From positions 2,144,001 through 2,208,000 of the forward strand of contig CAXXTU010000002.1 of assembly GCA_963662655.2 (NCBI GenBank): DNA of 64,000 bases, read 5' to 3'. Under the pieces are notes generated by a model, which was not told where the DNA came from, made no database searches, and saw nothing but the letters and a program-made list of their open reading frames with translations. The stretch comes from Candidatus Cloacimonadales bacterium. Its GTDB lineage: Bacteria; Cloacimonadota; Cloacimonadia; Cloacimonadales; JAIOQZ01. Shown here in pieces: positions 1 through 9,460 of this stretch. The translations under genes were made by a program, and so were the position numbers. How positions within the stretch are numbered: the stretch's first letter is position 1; each line of letters begins with the position of its first letter.

Positions 1-34
1 TAGCAATCGATTATTCATCGAACTTCCTTGGTTT

Positions 35-1222
35 CTATTCACTGGACTCAATCAACGGTAAACTGATTTCGAATTGAGTACCCACCATGTCTTCCGAAGT
101 CACCTTGATCTGACCTCTATGCCTGCTGATAATCTGTTGCACAAGGGATAGACCCTGGCCGGTTCCTTCGCCGGGCTTCTTGGTCGTAAAAAACGGCTCG
201 AAAATCCTGCCGATCAGACCTTGAGGAATTCCCGTTCCCGAGTCTCTTATATGTATGATTATCTCGCTGTTGTCGTGCTGGGTGCGAATCGATATCTCGC
301 CCTTCTCACCGATCGATTCCTTTTTCTTCTGAATTGCTTGCGCTGCATTGACAAGCAGATTGAGAAACACCTGGCTGATTTCATCCCGCAATACGGATAT
401 CTCGGGTAACGTGGGGTCAAGATCGAGTCTGAGGTTCGCATAGTTCTTCCACTCGCCGTGCGTGATGGTGAGAGCGCTTTTTATCAGATCATTGACATTC
501 ACCCATTCCTTGTGATCGTAACCAGGATGAGAAAAACGCTTCATGGCATCCAGAATGTACCTGATTTGCCTCACTCCCTCCTGAGACTCCGTCAGGGCGG
601 GTTGAATGTCCTCCATCAAATCCTCGAAATCGTGTTTGTTCAGGATGACATACAATTTCTCGCACAGATCCGACGAATCCCCCTTATTCACGAGACCCGA
701 TAACTCATTGTATACCTGTATCATCAACCTGGTTGATTCCATCACGAAACGGACGTTATCGCCGATGTATTGTATAGGTGAGCGAATCTCATGCATCACA
801 CCGGCCGCCAGTCTCCCGATCGTCAGGAATTTATGGCCTGCAACGAGCCGCTCGATCATTTCCTCCGATTTGTCTTCGTGATAGAAGGTGATCAGGGTAA
901 CACCCGAAGGCTCATCCTCTGCAACGGGAACGCATACAGCTCTATACTCTCGCTTCTGATCCCTCACATTTACACCAATCAGCGTTTCGGTTCTTTTTTG
1001 TTGATTGAAACAGGTCATCAAGGAATCACTGAGTTTCGCTGAATCTGTGATTTGTGGAATCCCGCCAATATTTTTGCCGATCAGGAACCCGATATCCTGG
1101 GCCTCGGAATTCGCGGCAATAATGGCTGCATGAATATCAACCACAATCGCAGGCAAGAGAACCAGATCAGCGATTTGTTTTGCAGATAACGCTACCTTCC
1201 ACATTTCCCTGGTTTGCTCCAT
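35..1222 (-). CDS. Cytoplasmic sensor histidine kinase (PAS-like N-terminus, HisKA, HATPase_c)
   Basis: H-box AGVMHEIRSP, N-box QVFLNLLVNAAQAI, DSGTG, FEPFFTTK and GTGQGLS motifs. No TM segment. The next minus-strand gene appears to start at 18 (MNNRLL...) and runs off the window. Confidence 0.9.
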   Translation of the reverse strand: MEQTREMWKVALSAKQIADLVLLPAIVVDIHAAIIAANSEAQDIGFLIGKNIGGIPQITDSAKLSDSLMTCFNQQKRTETLIGVNVRDQKREYRAVCVPVAEDEPSGVTLITFYHEDKSEEMIERLVAGHKFLTIGRLAAGVMHEIRSPIQYIGDNVRFVMESTRLMIQVYNELSGLVNKGDSSDLCEKLYVILNKHDFEDLMEDIQPALTESQEGVRQIRYILDAMKRFSHPGYDHKEWVNVNDLIKSALTITHGEWKNYANLRLDLDPTLPEISVLRDEISQVFLNLLVNAAQAIQKKKESIGEKGEISIRTQHDNSEIIIHIRDSGTGIPQGLIGRIFEPFFTTKKPGEGTGQGLSLVQQIISRHRGQIKVTSEDMVGTQFEISLPLIESSE

Positions 1223-1341
1223 TCGCTGTCTCCTGAATCCAAGCCACGATTCAGTAAATAAGTACGTTCAGTTAACATGTCTCATGCGTTTACGTTATAT
1301 CAAATAACAAATTAATGTTTTTTTCATTCGGGGCAAAAATT

Positions 1342-1378
1342 AAAAAAAGCGCTGAAAGGCCCCCAAGCCATCCAGCGC
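1342..1378 (-). terminator. Probable intrinsic terminator after megL
   Basis: GCGCTG...CAGCGC stem followed on the minus strand by a T7 tract. Confidence 0.6.
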
Positions 1379-1397
1379 ATAAAAAACAAGTCGATTG

Positions 1398-2582
1398 TTA
1401 CGAAATCATCTCCAGCGCTTGATCGAGATCATCGATGATGTCTTCAACATCCTCGATCCCAACCGAGAAACGAACAAGTTCATCCGTAATGCCGGCTTTG
1501 AGTTTGTTCTCTTTCGAAACTTTGGAATGCGTCATCGAGGCAGGGTGCTGAATCAAGGACTCAACACCGCCGAGTGAAACGGCCAGTGCAGCGAGATGAA
1601 CGTTGTCCATCATGGTCTTACCGGCTTGAAGACCGCCAACAAGCCCGAAGGATATCATCGCCCCGAACCCCTTCATCTGGCGCTTGGCCAGTTCATGCTG
1701 CGGATGGGACTCGAGTCCGGGATAACGAACCCATGCCACCTTCGGATGTGAATCGAGATAGCGAGCCACTTTCATGGCGTTATCCTGCGCCCGGTCCATG
1801 CGGATGGAGAGGGTTTTCAAACCGCGATAAGCGAGAAACGCCTGATGCGGATCCATGTTCGGCCCCAAATTGGCCATGGTCGCGTAAAGTTCCTTGTAAT
1901 CCTTTTCCGTTTTCGCAACGACCAGTCCACCCACGATGTCCGCGTGTCCGTTGATGAACTTGGTGAGCGAGTGCAGCACCACGTCGGCTCCCAAATCGAG
2001 GGGGCGCTGAAGGTACGGACTGCAGAATGTGTTATCGACAACCAGCGGGAAACCGTTTTCGTGCGCAAGATCGGCGCATGCGGCGATATCGGATATAACG
2101 ATGGTTGGATTCGCCGGCGTTTCGATGTACAAGAGCTTCGTATTTGGTTTGATTACCGCTTTGATCGCTTCGATATCCGATGTATCGACGAAATCCGCGT
2201 CAACGCCGAGACGTTTGTAATATTTTTCGAGCACTCCGCGAGAGGGGCCATAAACCGCCCCGGAGCAAATAATGTGATCACCTTGAGCGAGGTAGTTCAT
2301 GTAAACCGTATTCACTGCGCCCATACCGGAGGTTGTCGCGATACCGCCGAAACCGCCCTCGAGTTCTGCAACGGCGTCTTCCAGAGCCCTGATGGTGGGA
2401 TTGCCAAGTCGGGTATAGATGTATCCGTCGCTCTCACCGGCAAAACAGGCAGCGCCGTGATCGGCGTTCTTGAACGCGAAGGTCGATGTTTGGTAAATCG
2501 GAACAGAAACACTCAGGAACTGATCGGAAATCTGTCCCGAGTGGATCAATTTTGTATTGAAACCAGCTTTTTTTGTATCCAT
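1398..2582 (-). CDS. megL: Methionine gamma-lyase (Cys/Met metabolism PLP-dependent enzyme)
   Basis: PIYQTSTF, YTRLGNPT, ETPANPT, VDNTF, PLP lysine motif HSLTKFINGH, AVSLGGVESLIQHPASMTH. Confidence 0.8.
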   Translation of the reverse strand: MDTKKAGFNTKLIHSGQISDQFLSVSVPIYQTSTFAFKNADHGAACFAGESDGYIYTRLGNPTIRALEDAVAELEGGFGGIATTSGMGAVNTVYMNYLAQGDHIICSGAVYGPSRGVLEKYYKRLGVDADFVDTSDIEAIKAVIKPNTKLLYIETPANPTIVISDIAACADLAHENGFPLVVDNTFCSPYLQRPLDLGADVVLHSLTKFINGHADIVGGLVVAKTEKDYKELYATMANLGPNMDPHQAFLAYRGLKTLSIRMDRAQDNAMKVARYLDSHPKVAWVRYPGLESHPQHELAKRQMKGFGAMISFGLVGGLQAGKTMMDNVHLAALAVSLGGVESLIQHPASMTHSKVSKENKLKAGITDELVRFSVGIEDVEDIIDDLDQALEMIS

Positions 2583-2859
2583 TCTATCTCCTTTTTTCTG
2601 GTGCCAGATAAATTATCCATTTGATCCTGTCTAAGGATTTCCCTATTCGCCATCCTTCGCAGGCAGACGCTACGAAAGTATAAGAGGATTTTCCGCTTTC
2701 GGCACATTGAATATTCCAACTCACTATCGTTAATCATTGTAATACGATGCAGGCCTGTCACGCACAAAAGGACGTTAACCGGAAATATCGTGACTTTCCT
2801 CTTGACGGGTTGGAGCATTTCAAATAACTTATTTTTGAATTATTACTTGTCCAGGCGGT

Positions 2860-4278
2860 ATGATGGATAACGATCTAAAAAATCAACTTACGACAGATGA
2901 CCACGGAAGGAAAATCGAGGAAATCTTAAGCAATGCCTCATTAGAAATAACCAGAGGGCACCTCGATAAGGCCAGAGAGATTCTGAACGAGGCCGATTCT
3001 TTTGCAGAAACCGATGCCGAACGCGCTCGCTGCAAGAGCGCTCGAGCTCATTTCCTGATGTCTCTGGATCAGAACCGTGAAGCATTACCCATCTTACTGG
3101 AGCTGATCGAGAATCTCGAGAATGGACTTTCGGGAATCAGTGTCGCGCAGTTGTACAATCAGATCGGAATTTGCTATCGCGACATGGGAGATTTCGATAA
3201 ATGCTTGAGCTACTATCGCAAAGCCTACGAAGCATTCTGCGAAAATGAAGACCTCCACGGGATGGCAGGAACCATCATCAACATCAGCAATGTCTACAGA
3301 AGCCACGGAAAGTACGATGTAGCGCTCGAGCACTACCGTCAAGCCGAGGAAATTATCGGAGACAGAGATGGTTTTGACGAACACAGAGCGCTTTTGTTGA
3401 AAGGCATGGGGGCGGTTTATAGAAAACGCAAAGATATTGATAAAGCAATGATCTGCTTGCAGGAAGCTATCGAGATATGCTATAAGCGAGAAGACACGCG
3501 AGGTGTTTGCAATGCCCTGAACTCCATGGCGCTTCTGCGCAAGGATCAAAATCGTTACGACGACGCCCTCGAACTGTACAACTCCAGTCTGGAACTTGCA
3601 AGAGCCAAGGGTTACGACGCACTGATCGCTACGTTGCTTTCAAACATCGGGCAGCTTTACATGCTCAAGGATCAATACGAGGAAGCGAAAGAACCGCTTG
3701 CTCAGGGATTGGAGATAGCCCAACGGATCCATGCGCGGCAAATCGTGATGCAGAACTATTTCATGCACGCCCGTCTGGCTGCAGGACTTGGGGATATTCA
3801 AAAGATTGTCGATTATTTCTTGCTGTACGACGAGGAAAAAGGCGCGCTTCTCAACGACAGAGCCGTCGAGCGCATGAGCAATCTCGAGATGAAGTTCGAT
3901 CTTGAGCGAAAAGAGCACGAAGCCGAGGTTTATCGCCTACGCAACGAGGAGCTTGTTGAGAAGAACCGCCAGCTCAAGGAAGCGCAGGATGAAATACTTC
4001 AGCTCGAACGCCGGAACTCGATTTATGCGATGGCGGTTACGGCCAACCATGAGCTAAACCAACCGCTGATGGTTATTCAAGGCAACCTGGACATGCTCGA
4101 AACCTATATACAAGATGGTGGCGATAAAGCGAAGCAGCGCCTCGAAAAGATCCGCTCAGCGCTCTGCCGCATCAACGACCTTCTCAAGAAATTCCGCCAG
4201 CTTGAAGACGCCCACCTGGGGGAATACAGTTCAGATACCCCTATGGTAGTGTTCGATTCCGACTTCTGTGAATCGTAA
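2860..4278 (+). CDS. TPR-repeat protein with C-terminal HisKA (DHp) domain, no HATPase domain
   Basis: Multiple TPRs (YNQIGICYRDMGDFDKCLSYY etc.), a coiled coil, then AMAVTANHELNQPL. The protein ends about 75 aa after the His with no N/G boxes. Confidence 0.8.
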   Translation: MMDNDLKNQLTTDDHGRKIEEILSNASLEITRGHLDKAREILNEADSFAETDAERARCKSARAHFLMSLDQNREALPILLELIENLENGLSGISVAQLYNQIGICYRDMGDFDKCLSYYRKAYEAFCENEDLHGMAGTIINISNVYRSHGKYDVALEHYRQAEEIIGDRDGFDEHRALLLKGMGAVYRKRKDIDKAMICLQEAIEICYKREDTRGVCNALNSMALLRKDQNRYDDALELYNSSLELARAKGYDALIATLLSNIGQLYMLKDQYEEAKEPLAQGLEIAQRIHARQIVMQNYFMHARLAAGLGDIQKIVDYFLLYDEEKGALLNDRAVERMSNLEMKFDLERKEHEAEVYRLRNEELVEKNRQLKEAQDEILQLERRNSIYAMAVTANHELNQPLMVIQGNLDMLETYIQDGGDKAKQRLEKIRSALCRINDLLKKFRQLEDAHLGEYSSDTPMVVFDSDFCES

Positions 4279-4692
4279 ACAGAACGCTACCTTTCAATAA
4301 TTATTCGCATTCACTTGCCCTTCATGGAGAGTTTATACCTACCTTGCATTCCTTCGTATACTATTGTTGACGAGATAATTGTCTGGAACGGTGGATTGTC
4401 CTCCTGCTTTTTTCGCAATCCACCTTCATGGCGTTACATTTAGCATAGACCTCCTCCACTCTCCACCTGTCCTCACCAGAGGACAGGTATGTTTCAACGG
4501 CAGTCTCCAACCTGATCTGAACCTCCTCCCACGCGGGGTGGCGTTGTCTGACAGTAAAAGGATTCCCAGATAGAACTGGCGTTGAATACTTACGGAAATG
4601 TAGGGATTGGAGCTAAGGCGACGGTTCTCATTCCGTGCCTGTGGCTAAGCCATGATAGTGGGTATAAAACTCGATTTGCGTGGGCACAAAAA

Positions 4693-4783
4693 TGGCGGAG
4701 ATGTAGGGATTCGAACCCTAGACCCGGTTTCCCGAGCACACGATTTCCAATCGTGCTCCTTAAGCCAACTCGGACACATCTCC
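4693..4783 (-). tRNA. tRNA-Ser (GGA)
   Basis: Reverse complement GGAGATG...CACGA-TTGGAAA-TCGTG...GGTTCGAATCC...CATCTCCGCCA. Long variable arm, encoded CCA. Confidence 0.97.
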
Positions 4784-4857
4784 GCTTAGGTGCTTTTCAA
4801 TATTGAAAAGGTGATGCAACAAAAAACAGACGGTTTTTTTTGTAAACGATTTTTTTA

Positions 4858-6402
4858 TCAATGTCGAAAATGGCGCGTTCCGGTCATGATCATCGTGATG
4901 CCATACTCGTCGCAGGCATCGATAACTTCCTGGTCCCCGCGCGATCCTCCAGGCTGGATCACGGCCCGAATTCCCAGCTTGTGAATGCTGTCGATGCTGT
5001 CCCGGAACGGGAAAAATCCGTCGGATCCGCAAGCGCAGTCTTCCAGCGACAAACCGAACTTATCCGCTTTGTGGATGGCGATCTCGGTGGAATCGATGCG
5101 ACTCGTCTGCCCGATCCCCAATCCGATCGATCGATCGTCCCGCGTGAAACACACCGCGTTGGATTTAAGCAGCGCCACGGTCTTCCAGGCAAAACGCAAC
5201 GCCTTCATCTCGGTCTCGTCCGGCTTGCGCTTCGTGACAATCCGCCATCCCGATTCATCGTCCGGTGCGATGTCTTTCCCCTGAAGCAGAACACCGTTCA
5301 TGCAACTGACCGCCTGGTTGGATTCGGCATAAAGTTTGCCGATGTCATAGCGGATCAAGCGCCGATCCTTCTTCTTCATCAATCGCTGAATAGCCTCGTC
5401 GGTGAACGCCGGAGCAAGGATGATCTCCGTGAACACCTCGTTGATCTTGAGCGCGGCATCCATGTCGATCACGTCGTTGGTGATGACAATCCCGCCAAAC
5501 GGCGATAGCGTATCGGTCGCGAAAGCCTTCTCGTAGGCCTCCACCAGGTTCGAGCCCGAACCGATTCCGCATGGATTCGTGTGCTTGAAGATTCCCACCG
5601 TCTTCGAGTCTTCACCTTCAAGCGGGAACTTCCTGATCATGCGCAATGCTGCGTCGATATCCAGATAATTGTTATAGGAAAGCTGTTTGCCGTGCAGTTG
5701 CTCGATCGCGCTCAGGTCGGGATCTTCGTAATACGCCGCAAGCTGATGCGGATTCTCGCCGTAGCGAAGAATCTCCTTGAGATGCGCGGTTGTCTGAAGC
5801 GTCTCCGGTTGACAGATTTCGTTGACGCGATTGAAGTAAGCGCTGATCAGCGTATCGTAGCGTGCCGTATGCGCAAAAGCCTTGCCGGCGAGCCGCTGCC
5901 TGATCGAAATGATCTCATCCTCAGATGCCGAAAGCGCTTCCAGAGCGTTTGCGTAATCTTCCGGATCGACAACCACCGTGATGAACCGGTAGTTCTTCGC
6001 AGCCGCGCGAATCATGGTCGGGCCGCCGATGTCGATATTCTCGATCATTTCAGCATGACTAACGCCCGATCGCTTGAGGGTCTCTTCGAAAGGATAGAGG
6101 TTCACCACCACCATGTCAATCCAGTGGATTCCCAAGTTCTCGGCGGTTTTCACGTGTTCCTTGTTGTCTCGCAGACCGAGGATTCCGCCGTGAATCAACG
6201 GGTGAAGCGTTTTGACCCTTCCATCCATGATTTCCGGAAATCCCGTCACGTCCGAGACCTTTGTCACCGGAACGCCGGCGTCAAGAAGGAGTTTCGCGGT
6301 TCCGCCCGTGGAGAGAATCTCATAATCGCGTTGTATCAATTTCTGTGCGAAGGGAATGATACCTGTTTTGTCCGAAACACTAATCAGCGCTCGTTTTTTC
6401 AT
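4858..6402 (-). CDS. purH: Bifunctional AICAR transformylase / IMP cyclohydrolase
   Basis: RALISVSDK, STGGT, GRVKTLHP, DIGGPTMIRAAAKN, LRYGENPHQ, SDGFFPF, ending TGTRHFRH. Confidence 0.97.
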   Translation of the reverse strand: MKKRALISVSDKTGIIPFAQKLIQRDYEILSTGGTAKLLLDAGVPVTKVSDVTGFPEIMDGRVKTLHPLIHGGILGLRDNKEHVKTAENLGIHWIDMVVVNLYPFEETLKRSGVSHAEMIENIDIGGPTMIRAAAKNYRFITVVVDPEDYANALEALSASEDEIISIRQRLAGKAFAHTARYDTLISAYFNRVNEICQPETLQTTAHLKEILRYGENPHQLAAYYEDPDLSAIEQLHGKQLSYNNYLDIDAALRMIRKFPLEGEDSKTVGIFKHTNPCGIGSGSNLVEAYEKAFATDTLSPFGGIVITNDVIDMDAALKINEVFTEIILAPAFTDEAIQRLMKKKDRRLIRYDIGKLYAESNQAVSCMNGVLLQGKDIAPDDESGWRIVTKRKPDETEMKALRFAWKTVALLKSNAVCFTRDDRSIGLGIGQTSRIDSTEIAIHKADKFGLSLEDCACGSDGFFPFRDSIDSIHKLGIRAVIQPGGSRGDQEVIDACDEYGITMIMTGTRHFRH

Positions 6403-7517
6403 AACATCTCCGTTTTACGAATGACCTCGAATCCGGTCAATTTCTCCTGATCGATCGTCTTGTATATCCTGTGCAAGGCGTTGGCCACTTCAGGATCGAA
6501 CTGCACCCCCGCATATTTCATGATCTCGCCAATCGCGGTTTCATCCGAAAGAGCCGCCCGATAGGGGCGATCCGAAGTAATGGCGTCGTAGGTGTCAGCC
6601 ACGGCAACGATTCTGGCGAGGAACGAAATCTCGTCACCCTTGAGATGGTTGGGGTACCCGTTTCCATCGATGCGCTCGTGATGCTGCCCAACAATGTTGA
6701 AAACCTCATCCTCCAGATCGATCGGCCTGATAATCTTCACCCCGATATTGGGGTGTTCCTTCATCTCTTCATATTCGTCCGGCGCAAGTTTTCGAGGAGC
6801 GCGAAGAATACCGTGAGGAATCCCCAACTTCCCGATATCGTGAAGCACCGAGCCCAACCGAAGAACCTTCATGGTCTCTTTCTCCAGCCCCATCTCCTTG
6901 CCGATCATCATGCTGATGGCGGTTACACGCTCCGAATGACCGCGGGTGTACTTGTCGCTCGCTTCCAGACCGTTGATCATCGCCAGGATTGTCCCCAGGA
7001 GATTCTCTTCCAGCTTCTGGTTGGCAACAACAAGTTCCTTGGTCTTCTCGATAACCTTTTCTTCCAGCAGATCGTAGTAGCGCTCGATCTGAAGCTGGAG
7101 ATCGCGCTTTTCCACAGCCTTGGTAACCGTGATGAGCAGCTCGTTCATGCTGAACGGCTTCTTCAGGTAGTCGTACGCCCCCAGGCGAAACGACTTCATC
7201 AGGTTGTTCAAATCAGCGTGACCGGTAATCATGATGACCGGAAGCTTCTTGTCGTAGCGCTTCACAAGCTGTAAAAAGGTAATGCCATCCATTTTCGGCA
7301 TTTGAATATCGGTCACAACCGTGTCGATATCCAGCTTTTCGATGAGCTCGGGAAGAATTTGGGGATCGGAAACCGCGGTTACCTTGAAATCGTTATCCAC
7401 AAGGGTCTCTTCCATGATCTCCAGGATAGTTTCTTCGTCGTCCACGAGAAGAATATGCTTCTGCTTCATGCTGATCTCGGATATCCCTTCGAGCGATGGA
7501 TCGATGTGATTATTCAT
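6399..7517 (-). CDS. Response regulator with HD-GYP cyclic-dinucleotide phosphodiesterase domain
   Basis: REC (LLVDDE, TDIQMP, KKPF) plus HD-GYP (TRGHSERV, LHDIGK, HHERIDGNGYP, DRPYR). Confidence 0.93.
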   Translation of the reverse strand: MNNHIDPSLEGISEISMKQKHILLVDDEETILEIMEETLVDNDFKVTAVSDPQILPELIEKLDIDTVVTDIQMPKMDGITFLQLVKRYDKKLPVIMITGHADLNNLMKSFRLGAYDYLKKPFSMNELLITVTKAVEKRDLQLQIERYYDLLEEKVIEKTKELVVANQKLEENLLGTILAMINGLEASDKYTRGHSERVTAISMMIGKEMGLEKETMKVLRLGSVLHDIGKLGIPHGILRAPRKLAPDEYEEMKEHPNIGVKIIRPIDLEDEVFNIVGQHHERIDGNGYPNHLKGDEISFLARIVAVADTYDAITSDRPYRAALSDETAIGEIMKYAGVQFDPEVANALHRIYKTIDQEKLTGFEVIRKTEML

Positions 7518-8742
7518 ATCGTAAAGCCTTCACAGGATTTAAATTACTCGCATGAATCGCGGGGGCGATTCCGAAAATCAAGCCAACCCCGGCAGAAATA
7601 ACTACCGCCAGGACAATCATGTGCGCGTCGACAACCACATCCATGTTTATGAATGAGCCCACTTTATCCAGAATCGAGAGCCCCAGGAGGATACCCAGAA
7701 TGCCGCCAATCAATGTCGTGAGGACGGTCTGGACGAGGAACTGTATGAAAATATCGATTCTGCGCGCACCCGTCGCCATGCGGATGCCGATCTCTCTCGT
7801 GCGCTCCTGGATGGTTGCCAGCATAATATTGGTGATCACGATCCCACCAACGAACAGCGAGATGCTGCTGATCATGATGAAGATGATCTTGAAAACCATC
7901 GTGTCCTGGGAGTTCTGATCGATCTGGTCTTTGGCCGATTCGACCATGAAAACCGGATGCCCGTGGCGAAGATTCAGAAGAATGTTCTCGAGCTTCTCTT
8001 TCAGGGGTGTAACCCCGGAAACCGTCTTCGCTTTCACCGTGAAAGCCCGGATATAGACTTCGTTCGACACCTTGTGCATGACGGTGCTCAGCGGCACGAA
8101 ACAACGCTGATTGAGGTACTCGAGCGCGTTCTCGTCACCCATCTGATTGCGTGATTTCATGTAGCGGTGTTTCATGACGCCGATAACCTGGAACTTGCGG
8201 TCCATCACGTATATGTATTTGCCGATCGGATTCTCGTTTCCGAACAGTTCTTTCTTCACAGTCGTTCCGATGACAATGACGTCGTTGTAGGCATCCAGAT
8301 CGAAATTATTAATAAACCGCCCCTGCTGAACCGTCCACTCCTCGATCTTCTCGAAATCGGGGAATATCCCCTGTACAGGCGTCCAAAATTCGTTACCATT
8401 GTAATAGGATCGATAGTGGCGCCACTCGTTCGAGGTCGGATTGAAATACAGCGCTTCGGGTATCAGGGATTGGATCAGGCGCAGTTCCTTGTAATCGAAA
8501 TACCAGCGTTCGCGGTTGGTGACATTGTATTCCCAGTTGCGATACACGGAAATCTTGGTGGCCCCGCCCCGTTCCTGAAGCCATTGCTCGGTCATGTTGT
8601 TCACGCCCTTGACCAGCGAGAGCACTACGATGATCGACATCGTTCCCAGCACGATCCCCATGACGGTCACGACGGTGCGCACCTTGCGGATCCAGAGGTC
8701 TGAAAGGCCTACAACCACACTTTCTCTAAGCGATATCGCCAT
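7510..8742 (-). CDS. MacB/FtsX-family ABC transporter permease
   Basis: Start trimmed to MAISLRES. N-terminal TM, periplasmic domain, GGIVITNIMLATIQERTREIGIR, ending PVKALRYE. Confidence 0.92.
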   Translation of the reverse strand: MAISLRESVVVGLSDLWIRKVRTVVTVMGIVLGTMSIIVVLSLVKGVNNMTEQWLQERGGATKISVYRNWEYNVTNRERWYFDYKELRLIQSLIPEALYFNPTSNEWRHYRSYYNGNEFWTPVQGIFPDFEKIEEWTVQQGRFINNFDLDAYNDVIVIGTTVKKELFGNENPIGKYIYVMDRKFQVIGVMKHRYMKSRNQMGDENALEYLNQRCFVPLSTVMHKVSNEVYIRAFTVKAKTVSGVTPLKEKLENILLNLRHGHPVFMVESAKDQIDQNSQDTMVFKIIFIMISSISLFVGGIVITNIMLATIQERTREIGIRMATGARRIDIFIQFLVQTVLTTLIGGILGILLGLSILDKVGSFINMDVVVDAHMIVLAVVISAGVGLIFGIAPAIHASNLNPVKALRYE

Positions 8743-9412
8743 TGGTAATCTTTCCGTCGATAATATGTATGATTCGGTTGGCTTTCCCCGCGACGCGCGG
8801 ATCGTGCGTAACCATGATGATTGTATTTCCCTGATCGTGCAGCTCGGAGAATATCCCCAGGATATCGCTGCCCGAGTTTGTATCGAGGTTTCCCGTAGGC
8901 TCGTCCGCGAGGATGATCGCCGGGTTGTTGACAATCGCACGGGCTATCGCCACACGCTGACGCTGGCCACCCGAAAGCTCCGATGGCTTATGCCGGAGCC
9001 GATCGCCCAGTCCCACTTGTTCGAGAATCTCAATCGCGCGATTTTTCCGCTTGGCGGGAGAGACGCCGCTGTACATCTGCGGAAGCTCCACATTCTTCAA
9101 GATGTTCAGATGGGGCAGGAGGTTGAAGGTCTGGAAAACGAAGCCGATCCTCTGATTGCGAACGGCGGCAAGCTGTCTCTTCTTGAGCTTGCTTACCTCC
9201 TGCGCCTCCAGGATGTAGTTACCGCCAGTGGGGGTGTCCAGGCATCCTAAAATATGCATCAGGGTCGATTTGCCGGAACCGGAAGGCCCCATGATCGCGA
9301 GGAACTCTCCCTTGTAGATTTCTACATCGACGCCATCAAGGGCAGTGACCTTATGCTTGCCCATGTCGTAAACTTTTTGCAGATTCTCTGTTCGAATTAC
9401 GATATCTTGCAT
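8726..9412 (-). CDS. MacB/LolD-family ABC transporter ATP-binding protein
   Basis: GPSGSGKST, LSGGQRQRVAIARA, LADEPTGNLD, VTHD. Confidence 0.95.
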   Translation of the reverse strand: MQDIVIRTENLQKVYDMGKHKVTALDGVDVEIYKGEFLAIMGPSGSGKSTLMHILGCLDTPTGGNYILEAQEVSKLKKRQLAAVRNQRIGFVFQTFNLLPHLNILKNVELPQMYSGVSPAKRKNRAIEILEQVGLGDRLRHKPSELSGGQRQRVAIARAIVNNPAIILADEPTGNLDTNSGSDILGIFSELHDQGNTIIMVTHDPRVAGKANRIIHIIDGKITNGDIA

Positions 9413-9460
9413 TGCACAACCTGTTTCTGTTGATTTCGTGGCAAGAATTCATGATTCTTG

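Noticed and set aside
2583..2860. SAM-I (S-box) riboswitch upstream of megL
   Set aside because: The core ATC..GAG...GA..GGC and GCAACC/GTGC..ATTCC pattern was not found
8743..8940. N-terminal extension of the ABC permease ORF
   Set aside because: Overlaps the ATPase gene in another frame. Family-like sequence starts at MAISLRES (8742).
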